Below, piece after piece: positions 52,390 through 64,000 of a stretch of DNA of 64,000 bases; within the stretch, counting starts at the first letter, position 1; each line of letters begins with the position of its first letter. This DNA comes from Intoshia linei. Taxonomy: Eukaryota > Animalia > Orthonectida. A program made the translations under genes and the position numbers. The DNA is taken from NCBI GenBank assembly GCA_001642005.1, contig LWCA01000026.1, positions 14,254-78,253 on the forward strand, given 5' to 3'. A model generated the notes under the pieces. It searched no databases, was not told the DNA's origin, and saw only the letters and a program-made list of their open reading frames with translations.

Positions 52390-53450
52390 AATATTTTGAA
52401 ATTAAAAATTATTATAATGTTGATAATTTTAAAATCTTTGTCAGATTGTGTATTTTTTATAATTCAAGGATTCGTAAAAATAAGAATTAGCAACCAGTAT
52501 TTAGAAAAATATTGCTTTAATTTGTTAATATTTACATTCTCAATTTTTATTTTACATATTATATTAATCGAAATATTTGAAAAATATTGGTTGATAATAT
52601 ATTAAAAATTATTTTTCACCCGGGAATGCGTACATTTTTGGGGTTGAAATTTTGTATTTATATCATCTGAAATAATCTCTATTAGAATAATTTTTTTATT
52701 TTTAATTTTCGGACTTGTAATTATTTCACATTTTTTGTTTTAATAAAATATTTCGGAAAAAAAAAATATGAATAGTAAAATGCTTTTTTGACCGTGAAGT
52801 CGTCACTTATTCAAATTGAAATTGTTTGTGGGTGTTAATAGGATACAACTCTACCACCTGTAAATTTTTTGGAATTCTAGGGCTGTTTTCATTAAAAAAA
52901 AGGGGTCATTTATGGTTTTGGATCTGAAAATATAATTTTTTTAAATTTAAATTTATGATAATGTTTATGATTTTAAAATTCGTATCGATGCATATTTTTT
53001 TAAATTTTCCAACTTATTTCATTTTCAAAAAAAGGACAATTGGGGTTTTTAACCCCGTAAGATGTGAGTTTAAGAGGTTGAAATATATCTTAATATACGT
53101 CCCAAAAAAAACTGTAATTGAAATGTGGTCTTTAAAAAATTCTAAAATGGGTAGTTATTTAAATAAAGTGAAACACACACACACAAACAAAATTTAATAA
53201 ATAATTAAATAATTTTTAAATTTAATTAAATAATTATATTATCAACCAATAATAATCAAATATTTCGATTAAAATCAAAAATTGAAAATGTAAATATGGA
53301 TCCTACAATTTCAAAAAAAATGTGGATTGTACGTCTACACATTTCCAATAATTTCGGAATTTTTTTCATTGCTACGCAATTTTTAAATTTCAAATTTTCA
53401 TTTTCAAAACATTTTGTATAAACTTTACTTAAATTTTAACACTACAGCAA
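52390..53450. mobile_element. Helitron fragments (minus 52390-53190, then plus 53230-53450)
   Basis: Strong similarity to 46800-47570 and 26540-26700. Confidence 0.7.
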
Positions 53451-54853
53451 CGTATTTATAAAATAAAACAATAACTTATTGTTTGAAAATGCCAAAAAGA
53501 AAAGGCCAAAAGTATGAAGATGAGACGTCTCAATAAGATGATGATATCAGAAATAGGTTATATAACAATTGTTTAATTAATTAATAAAAGGTTTACCAAC
53601 ATTAAGTTATTCTCAGCCCGATTTTTTAAGCGAAGCGCCATATAGTGAAGCACAGCGTGTTATGCAATTTCGAAGTTTCTCAATTTTCGTATGCAAAAAT
53701 TTTTTTTGGAGGCTCTCTTCTACTGTGGGATTCTCTGTTTCAAAAAATAATAGCAGTTTACACACAATTTTTTATTGCAAATTTCAAAATGAATATTTTA
53801 AATTTTTCATAACATATAGCAAATAGCACATTTCAAAATGACTTCATGATGAATACTTTAGAGAAAAAAAACAAAATATGGGTGTCTCTAAGTAATGGAA
53901 TAAAATTAACTGCTAACACTAAGAGTCTTTCACCATAGAGCTAAAAATTATGGAATATAAATAAAATATGTCTGATCTGATGATTTTTATTGAAATAATT
54001 AAATTACCCTGTGAAATATCACTTAACCCAGAGCCCTAAGTTGAATTTGAAAACTTGAATTCTCAGGGGGAAAATAATGCAGTTGGAAACCCTGATTAAT
54101 CATCATAATGTATTCATTCTGATATACATTTAGGAAAATTTTAAGTAGTATTATATGAAGTTATGATCTACGGTAATACATTTTTGTAGCTTTACTTTAA
54201 TGTCTTCGAAAAAGTGATTTGAACCATAATAGATTTAATTTTTAATGCTAAAATTAGATATATCCGCCCTCAGTAGAGCTAGGTGCTGTTTGTACAAAGT
54301 ACAAACCAGCCAAGCTAGTTATATATAAGTAGTGATTATAATTGAAATCTTTTCAAATTCATCTTCTGTACTAGGGGTTCAATTATGGAATGTGCGGCCG
54401 CGTTACAATATAAAATTATATTTAAATAAATTAATCAGTGAAAATTTTCGTACAAATCGATTTGAAGTGGTAAGAAATTTTATCACATTGGGTGCGCCGC
54501 AACAGTAAAAACTTTGGGAACCACTTGCCGTAATAATGAAATATTTTCGACAATAACAACAATTATCATGATTAAACTGTGACTTTAAAATAAAAAATTA
54601 TAAAATTTTTCAATGGATTTCCATTATTGCAAAGCTAATAAAGCCTTTAAAAAATATAACTAAGCAAAATAAAAACATGGATGGCACAATTAATTAACAT
54701 GTAAATATAAAGCAATATTCTGTAAACTAGATAAATCCAGGATGTCGAGGAAACAAACTGGTATACATAATTTGTTATTAGTATAAATAAATCATAAATT
54801 TGAACTATTTGTAAATGTTTTAATTTGTAATAAATAAAAAAATTAAACAAAAA

Positions 54854-57800
54854 ATGACTGATGTGAATGAAAGATTAAATTTAATTCTGTCCGATTTTGA
54901 TATACCATGGAATACTTATGACAAAATTTCCCAGCTAATGAACCAAGAAATTGAAAATGTTCTCACTAACAAGAATATCAATAACAGTTTAAAAATGTTA
55001 AATTCTTTTGTAAAAAATGTGCCCTTAGAAGCCAGTAATATTTAACGTGTTGTAATTAGTGATGCGACGATTCCTAAGTTTTTAACAATACCGATTCCGA
55101 TGCGATTTTAAATAATTTTGAATCATACTATTTGAGTGAGTTTTATTTCTTTTAATCACAAAAATCACCAATAAACAAGTTTACTGTTTCAAAAATAAAT
55201 CGACTTTATTAAATTGCTTATAATTACATATATTACTTGTTAAGTGAAAGCAATTAAATTTCTCAACAATTATCACGATATTATATTACATTTATGATAA
55301 ATTTTATCTCAAATTTTTATGAAATTAGGAAATAAACAACTAAGAACTAATATCAGAACCAAACATTTTTAAATTATAATCTAAATACATTAGTTTTTCA
55401 CCAATTGTACCAAGCATTTTATTTCGGTTTGGAGAATAGATATAACCTACAACACTGAAAATTATTCAGTTTCACTTTTAAGGAGGCAAAGATAAATATA
55501 TTTTTTTACAAGTAAAGCAATATTCGGAAAATGTAAATGATTTATGCATTGAGCGATAATTCAGATGTAATTAATTTTCTAATAAAAACTGCTGCTTTTG
55601 GAAATTTATTGTTGTTTTTATTTAAAAAATTAGTAAAGAACGATTCTAGCGATTCCAGATTCCTCGAAATCGTCGCATCACTAATTATAATACATATAAT
55701 ATCGTAGTATATATGGTAATTAATAATGGGTTTCTACTTAAATCCATCCATTTTTACTAAAAATCAAAATTTACCAACCCTAAAATTAAAAATGCAGTTA
55801 TGGTTTTAACCTTTTAGGGTTGGTAAATGTGGATTACTCCATTAAGGGTATGTGAAATTATAATTTTGCCTAAAAAGTTGGTAAAACTCGATTTTTCTCT
55901 TTAGGGTTTAAGTAAAAATGGTTGGGTTTAAGAATATTTTTATTAATAATTATCATGTTACATTGTACATTAAGGTGTCACATTTTTTTAAATTTTTAGA
56001 ATTTAATGGGCGATTAGTAATCAATGTGTATTTTTAAAATAGAAGCATTATGTCGCAATTAAAAATATCTAATGATACTTATCCGAGTTGCGCTCATTAT
56101 TTTAATTATCCTTTTAAAAATCGTATAGAAAAATTTAAATTTATCTTTATTTTTTGCAAAAACATTGTGTTATGTTGTCATGGTTATATTTTATGCTCTC
56201 AAAAGCCACGCTTAACTATACATTTCAATTGTTAAAATTTGATTCTAGCTCAATTTTTGTGGTTTGATTGATTTGATTGTGTGTGATTCACATCACGACA
56301 ATGATTGTTTAAAATTGATAAAAATTTGAATAAAATGAATTAAAATTTTAGTTTAATTTTTTTTGGAGCTTAACTCGAATCGGCATCTTTGCAACACCCA
56401 TTTTAGATTATTTTATATATCATGATAATACACCATTTTCGCACTAAACGCCATTAATTCTTTGATGGGTGTGACACCATATTGTACATTGTATGTATTT
56501 ATATTTTTTTGCCTTAAAACTAAAATTACGCTAAATCTACTAGAAGTGGACGAAATCTTTGTAAAATGAGGCTAAAATTTGTCTAAAATGAGCATATAAA
56601 ATAATTATACTTTTGAACCTTATAACTATTGTCTATGTTAAATCTAAACTATTATTTAAATTTTTGATATTCCGGAGGTTTGATTAAAGTAAGTTAGGCT
56701 CTATATTCATTATCTTGGTTGTTTTGTACTTGATAGAAACATTAAGTCAATGTGACCTAACAAAGGTCATAAATGGAGAATAAAATAAAATTTTATTTAA
56801 TATAATGATTAGTATGGTTTCATTGTTTTATAAAAACTATGTTAGGAATTGTCGTATATTAACAGCTATTATTAAAATTATTAGAGGATGGCAAATATCT
56901 TGCTTTGGATCTAGGAGGAACCCATTTTCGAGTTTCGTTGATTGAATTACATGGCAGTATTATAAACTCAAACCACAAAATTTATGAGGTCCCTAAAGAA
57001 ATTAAAAGATCGACAACAGATGAAGTAATTAATTATTGTCTTTAGTAGTGTTGATAATTTCATTAAATATTATTATTATAATTAATAATAATTATAATTA
57101 TTTTGAAAAAATAATTTGTAGAAAAATTAAATAAATCGTGATTTTTTAAAGATACGTCTGTTATTTAAATTCTAAAATTATTTTGATATGGTAAACACAT
57201 CTTTTAAGGGGTATTCAAGTTATTTTTTTATTTTTATTATAGCTATTCAATTTCGTGACCGATTCGTTAAAAAACTTTTTGTCGTTGAACAATTTAAGCA
57301 AAGAAAAGTTATACCTAGGATTTACATTTTCATTTCCTGTATCGTTGAAATCATTGAATGAAGGTATCATTATTTCATGGACAAAAAATTTTCAAATTAA
57401 CGATGGTATTGGAAAAGATGTTTCCAAAATATTAATGAAACACATTCAAGATAAGGTACACAATATAATACTCAACTAGCTTGAATGTTGTGTACTTTGT
57501 ACAAACAACAGTTATGTCTACCTACAGACGAATTTTTTATTTTAATACCGATTTTTGAAATGATTATAGACAATCAGTGTGTAATTTTAAAAGACGTCAC
57601 TTTGTCAGATTAAAATTTTTAGTGTATTTTATTGGAAATAACTGTAAGAGTTATAATTTTTTTGAAATTTAGGACTTTTTTCTGATTTTAAAAAAATTTT
57701 CATTTACGGCTTTTGATGGTAATTACTAATTAATTAATAACTCTAATTTTAAATTGAAATGAATAATAAAAATAGAATTGATGTTACCTTTTAATTGTGA

Positions 57801-60800
57801 GAATTGTGAATTTTTATTAATTTAAATCAAAAATAATATAAATTATTTCAATGAAAAGCGTTAAAATTAATAGGGTATGCTTTATTTCAACGACTATTTT
57901 TAATATATTAAATTTTATGCAAAATCTTACATGCTAAACTAGTATTATAATAATAATAATTTTTATTTGGTATTTTTAACTAAAGATTAGATTAATTATT
58001 TCACAGTCGCCATTATTTCAATGTCAAAATTTTTCATAGACCTTCATAGGTTGATATATGTATACCACTTTGTCATCCAGAATTAAGTGGCTTATGAATA
58101 ACTACAGTGTATTAGAATACATTTAGAATATAAATGTCGTTTGTCGAGCAATCATCAATGATACAGTTGGATGTCTCATGTCAACAGCTTTTGATCACAA
58201 ATTGGCAAAGATTGGTGTAATTTTAGGTATGAAATCTTGTATATCAATCAAATTTTAATTTTTAAATTAAGGAACTGGAACTAATGCTTGTTACTTTGAA
58301 AAAACTGAAAAAATGAAAACTTGGGAAGAACGACATGATTTCAAATCTGATCAAGTAATTTCTAAATTTTGAAGTTAAGAATACAATATTTATGTTACTA
58401 TAACAACAATACATCGGTTTTTAATATATTCACTATATAATCTATTTATTTCACTGTTGGTATTCCTACATTTCCAAAAAAATATTTCTTCTTTTTTTTA
58501 AATTTTGGAATGTGATATATTTCATCCAATTTTTAAACGAAAAAACAAAATTTTAAATATCGTGATCAAATTAACCATAATGAAAATAAACATAAATTTA
58601 CATTATATTTATCACAATTACATATCATATTTTAATAATTCAAGTTTTTATTTTTTTAATAAAATTTATTTTAAAATATCAATATTTTCCGGTACACCAA
58701 CCTTCACTAACGGCATATAGTTTGGGAATCACTGATACAGATATTTCGTTAAAAGAAAATTGGGTATTGAATAAATTTGTGCATTAAAATATCCCCAATC
58801 ATTTAGAATATTAAAAATAAATTATTTTTAGAAAGGTTATATAAATTAATTAACCGTTAGTTAATTGCATTATACAGTTACTAGGTTGACTGCTATGTAC
58901 TACGTAAAAACAACAACTATATATACCGAGAGTGGAATTTTTTAATTCTACCGAAAAAATAAATTCACATTTCATATCAATAAGAAAATATAACTTAAAA
59001 ATGCTACTATTCACTATTAGCATCATTTAAATGAGTATTTCCGAAACTTGTTTTACTATGGACCGTTCATTTCATATTATCTTTCTTTTCTATTTATTTC
59101 TATTATTTTTTTTGAAATTTTAGTTTCAATATTTACATTTTTAATTTTAATCCAAACATTTGAAAAATATTGGTCGATCAATGATCATATATTAAAAGAT
59201 ATTTTTCACCGGAAAAGCGTAGATTTCTGGGGTTGAAATTTTATATCTATATCAAGTGGAATAAGCTGTATCATAAGAACTTTTTTTTAATTGTATTAAT
59301 TTTTTGTTTTAATAAAATAGTTTCGAAATAAAAAAATGAATACTTAAATGCTTTGTTGACCGTGAAGGCGTTACTTTGTCAGATTGAATTTTTTTGAGGT
59401 TACCATTTATGATAATGCTTATGATTTTAAAAAGTATCTCACAATTTATGTTGTATAAAATTTTAGGATTTTTTTCATTTTTACAAAAATGGAATTTGGG
59501 GTTTTAGCAGTTAAGTTATAAAATTTTGAAATCTTAATATAGAATGTGTATTTTTTATAATTTTGGGACTGGTTTGAATTTAAAAAAAGAAAAATTTGTT
59601 TTTTGACCCTGAAGGACTCTAGTTCTGATAATTAAACTTTGGATAATACATTATACTCGAACAACTGTATTAGAAAATAAATTTTTTTAATTTTAGGACT
59701 GATAATTTTTTAAATAAACGGTAACAGACAGATATTAATTTATTTTAATTTTATCTAAGTGAAGGATGGTTCTTATCAATAAAATGATTTTTGAATTTAT
59801 TTTCTTAAATTTATTACCATACCCGAATTATTGGTCGATATAAGCGGCTTCTACTGTACTAATTATAATATCTCATTTAATTAACGTCATTATTCTAGGT
59901 TTTAATTAACACAGAATGGGGATGTTTCGGAGAAAATGGAGTATTGGACTTTATATTGACTAAATATGATATTGAATTGGATAAAAATTCTTTAAATCCG
60001 ACAAAATCAATGTAAGTATTAAATTATGAATTTCCTATAAGTTTCACGACTACAGTAAGTAGTTTGCAAAGATGGATTAATTTTCTTTAATGTTATAGCC
60101 AAGAGTTTATTTATTCAGGAACGTTTTAAAAAGTATACTTACAATGTTAATATAATTTACCTCCAAAGAGTCTAATGTACTGAATATAAATAAAAATAAT
60201 GTATATTGTTAATTTAACAACTTCCACAATATTGGACATTTTGTTACACTCCTCTGGTCTGACTGTATTAAGAAAAATTTTTAAACTGATTCAGTTTGTA
60301 GATTCGAAAAAATGATATCAGGAATGTATTTGGGTGAAATTACTCGTAGAGTTTTTTTGAAGTGCATTGAAGAAAAATTAATATTTAATGGAAAACTGAG
60401 CGATATAATTAAACAACAATTTACCATAAATACTACAACCTTGTCTATATTTGCTGAAGGGTAAGTTTACTTATACATTTAAAGATTATGTTCATTTGAT
60501 ATTCAGTACTTTATAAAATTTAGAGATTACGAAAAAGTATGGAAGAACATTTTAAGCATGGGTTATAATTCCATCTTAGAAAAGGATATTGAAATAATGT
60601 CAAAAGTATGTGACATGATATCTAAACGTGCGGCATTTTTAGCTGCAGCAGGTAATGATCACAATTATATTTATAAATTACTAGCTTGGCTGTCATGTAC
60701 TCCGTATAAAATAGCAGCTAGATCGGAGTAGCAGTAGGACTGACGTTTCGGAATATATAGGATTTGATTAAAAATGCTATATTCTAGTTTATCTAGAATC

Positions 60801-61376
60801 TAGAATATTTTTTTGGACATAACCGTGAAGCTATCATAATCGTTTTTAACTGCGTTTTGACAAAAATATTTACGAAAAAAGAACTAAAAATCAACCATAT
60901 TGTAGTTATAAATATAAAAATTATAATACATCGGCGAAACCATAGATATGCATTGCATATGGAGGGTTTGAAAATTGTTATCATTGTTAGTTATAATTTT
61001 GTAATGTTTTTGATGTATCACTGGTTATTATCTATTAAAAGTTACACGATAATTATGATTATAAAATGTATATTTAACACTATAATGGCACTAATTTAGG
61101 CATATCATGTCTGATTAAACGCTTGGATGTTACTGATAAAGACGAGATTATTGTTGGAATAGATGGAGGCCTTTTCAAGTGTCATCCAAATTTCGAAAAA
61201 TATATAAAATTAGGAATTTCTAAATTAATTATGGATAGAAATGTAATTTATTTTCAATAGTTTAAATTGAATTACTTAATATTGTACTAATTTCACAATT
61301 TTAGGTTAGTTTAAAATTGTCAATAGATGGTTCAGCGATTGGAGCGGCTATAGTAGCAATGTCTACTGTAGAATAG
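54854..61376 (+). CDS. HK: Hexokinase (complete single-domain type, 10 exons)
   Basis: Exons 54854-55034, 56885-57024, 57243-57455, 58127-58226, 58272-58354, 59899-60011, 60302-60460, 60524-60651, 61100-61242, 61305-61376. Motifs LDLGGTHFRV, LGFTFSFP, INDTVG, GTGTNACY, INTEWGCFG, FEKMISGMYLGE, RAAFLAAAG, DGSAIGAA. Confidence 0.95.
55057..55683. mobile_element. hAT-type MITE (TAG termini) in hexokinase intron 1
   Basis: TAGTGATGCGACGATT..AATCGTCGCATCACTA; imperfect 8-bp TSD GTTGTAAT/ATTATAAT. Confidence 0.8.
55968..56484. mobile_element. Non-autonomous member of the CATTAGGG-terminus family
   Basis: TA|CATTAAGGTGTCACA..TGTGACACCATATTG|TA; the left arm resembles 4171-4340. Confidence 0.7.
58881..59766 (-). 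mobile_element. Non-autonomous Helitron with both ends, in hexokinase intron 5
   Basis: Minus strand A|TCCTTCACTTAGATAAAA .. hairpin .. CCTAG|T. Confidence 0.8.
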
Positions 61377-61730
61377 CTAAAATTTCATTGTGAATAAAAA
61401 AATTAACGTATGACTAATACCATATACTGTGTATTTTATTAATACATGTAATTTAAATATTATTCAATACATTAACAAGTATGTATTACGTATTTTTAAC
61501 AAATAGAAAAAATTAAATGTCGAGACAATATTTAATATTTCTTGAAAAAAATAATGAAAAATGCTTTAATTTTATAAAATAAAAATTTTTAGTGAATTAT
61601 ATTAATTATTTAATCAAATGACAACTTTAGACGTTCAAACCTATTTTTTTGTTTTAAAAAAGTGCGTACAGATACGCTACCATTCCGTACACTGTTATGT
61701 GTTAACTGTAATTTAATCATAACAATAAAA

Positions 61731-64000
61731 TTAAAAATTAATTGTAATGTTATTAAACAAGGCATTCCAATAAAGTTTTTGTAGTGTTTGGTCCAACCTG
61801 TGAATAATATAATCATAAATTTGAGTGTGTCGTATCACCTTTACAATATTTTGATGGTTTCTGGTAAGATGAAGGGATTCTGGATTCAAATCATATGAAT
61901 TACAGGAAACACCCATTATCTATAGTTCAAAACATATAGTATTTGGTATTTTAGAATCTAAGTAACTATTAATAAAATTTTACCACACCTTACCTCTGAA
62001 ATTGTGAATATATAACATGACAGATACGGATAATTGTACAATGTTCACATCTTGATTCATAAAAATTCTAATTAATTAATATAAGAATTGGAATTCAAAA
62101 TGAAAACTTTTAAATATCATCAGAAGGTATTATAAATTTAAATTTATCGTATTCAATTAATTTTTCAATTGTATTGTAATGATCGATGACGATGAATTTT
62201 GATCCCAATGAAAGAGAAAAATGACCATCAAATCTAAATTTCGGATAAACTAAAATATAATAAATAAAATTGCGACAAATGAACCTGAATTTAACCAAAT
62301 GGCTAGATTTCAACAAATAGATAATTTCGAATATCATGATTAAAATAAAAAGTGGATTTTTCATTGATTGTTGCCAATAGTCGCATTTTGTGTAGTTTTT
62401 TCAAGAATGGAACATAATAAACTATTTTCAACACCTTTAATTTGTTGATAACATCAACGCAATTACTGTAAGCATTTAATTCAAACATTGGGTTGGAGTT
62501 GCTTATAGATTTAATGATTTTTAACTAAAAAAATTAAATATAATATAAACTTTATATTATAAAGTTATACCAATACAGTCAACTTTTTGAATTTTTCTTG
62601 TGTCGGTAAATTTAATGATACTTTTGCATTGGAATTTTTCAGTTTTGTATTACTTTTTATTATAATAATACTTGTAATTATTCAATGAGTTAAAATAAAT
62701 ATTTTTAAATTTACCGTAATTTTTAAAAGTTGAATCGATTGTTTCAATTTTTTGATTAGTAAAATTTTCAATATTATTTAATAAGACAAACACTTTTAAC
62801 TTTATCAATAGAATTCTAATATGTAAACATAAATATTTTTATAAGAATTGCAACGGTTTCATCCAGGCTTATCATATTATCTATAATATATTTACAAATA
62901 TCTTTTTTATATAACTAATCATTATTTCAGATTCTGTCACATTTTTTCGATGAAAATTTAATGTCTAAATATTAAAATTATGTTTTTTATAAATGTGAAA
63001 TACTATATGCCTATTCAATATTATTTTATTCAACTTTTCAGATATTTCAAATCTAAACATACTTAATACAACCCTTATACAACTTTTTATTGTCTCGATC
63101 TATAAGTAATATACACAGAATTTATTTATTTCATCTCTTCCTTTTCTAATTTTTCGAAATCTATTGTTTATATAAATATATCGCACAATTTAAATTACCT
63201 AAAAAAGTGGAAAGAATTGCATATATAATTTTTTGTAGTAAATTGGAGTCTAATAGGGATTTTGAACACTGTGATATAGTATTCGAAATAAACATTTGAT
63301 CAGTTTTATCAGCCAATACCTATAAAACGTTATAGATTTTATATATATAATATAATAATAAATACAATTATCTGTCTACCGAGTGTTTCGTTAAAGTACA
63401 AATTTGCTTGAACGCATGACATAAGTTTATTTCAATGTAAACGTTTTTTTTATTTTCAAGGTTTATTATCGGTATAATTATAGGCAATGCATCTAATTAG
63501 TTATAATAGTATAATAATAATAACTTAAAAGATAAATGAACAGTAAAATAATTATAAAGTGCAATCATAATAAGCTACCACTATATAAGTTTTTTATTAA
63601 ACGTTACCTTCATATGGAAGATTCAAATCAATATTATTTATTTTGTAGTTGACCTCCATATAGTCTGCAATTGTTTCGTCACAATAAAAATAAATTTGAG
63701 TAAAATGAATGCTTTTCTTGTAATCTTTAATATTGCAATTTTTTTTAACAAATTATAATATTTATATTGGAAATGTCTACCATCAATTAAATAAAATAAA
63801 TATAATAATATGCATGGATTACAATCATAAACAAATTTCCCTTTCGTCAATAATTTTTGTTATTTCACACGATATTAAATGACTGTCTCCACTTAAAATA
63901 TTGGTTATTATATTAAAAGTTCCGCTGCAAGCTAGAACCAAGCAAACGCCCAGTAATCGACAACAAATTTGCACGCATTAATTATAGCTGCAGATTTGTC
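61731..64000 (-). other. Possible unidentified multi-exon gene or pseudogene
   Basis: Several exon-like minus-strand stretches with GT/AG borders (e.g. ~61731-61919, ~62300-62520, ~63608-63780). In-frame stops are present, no family was recognised, and no consistent model could be built. Confidence 0.3.

Noticed and set aside
1-64000. Most 60-120 aa ORFs in the supplied track (I/F/K/N/Y-rich)
   Set aside because: Chance frames in AT-rich introns and TEs, with no motifs.
1-64000. tRNA, rRNA or other ncRNA genes
   Set aside because: None recognisable by eye; tRNAscan-SE or Infernal would be needed.

Overview
Very AT-rich eukaryotic (animal) genomic DNA with short GT-AG introns (often 35-55 nt) and dense transposon debris. 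The character fits a compact invertebrate genome, such as an orthonectid-type parasite, but the organism cannot be proven from the window. Host genes reconstructed by hand from splice sites: the 3' part of an SNX9/18/33 sorting nexin, two tandem BOLA2-like genes, SMARCD/BAF60, STPG4-like, a single-C2H2 zinc-finger gene, CNOT11 and two divergently oriented hexokinases (one apparently lacking its 3' half). Mobile DNA: an intron-containing RAG1/Transib/Chapaev-like transposase broken across scaffold N-junctions, a Tc1/Tc3 IR-DR element inside its intron, a hAT transposase fragment, two Gypsy pol fragments (one with a PHD finger after the integrase), a recurrent non-autonomous Helitron, and hAT and piggyBac MITEs. 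The most unusual signal is at ~15.7-23.1 kb, a stretch with almost no ORFs. It carries 18 AG-NNN-GTA motifs plus several 1-20 nt AG..GT units on the + strand, which join into an extreme micro-exon gene model encoding a short signal-peptide-like protein, roughly one codon per exon. That model is inference and needs transcript evidence.
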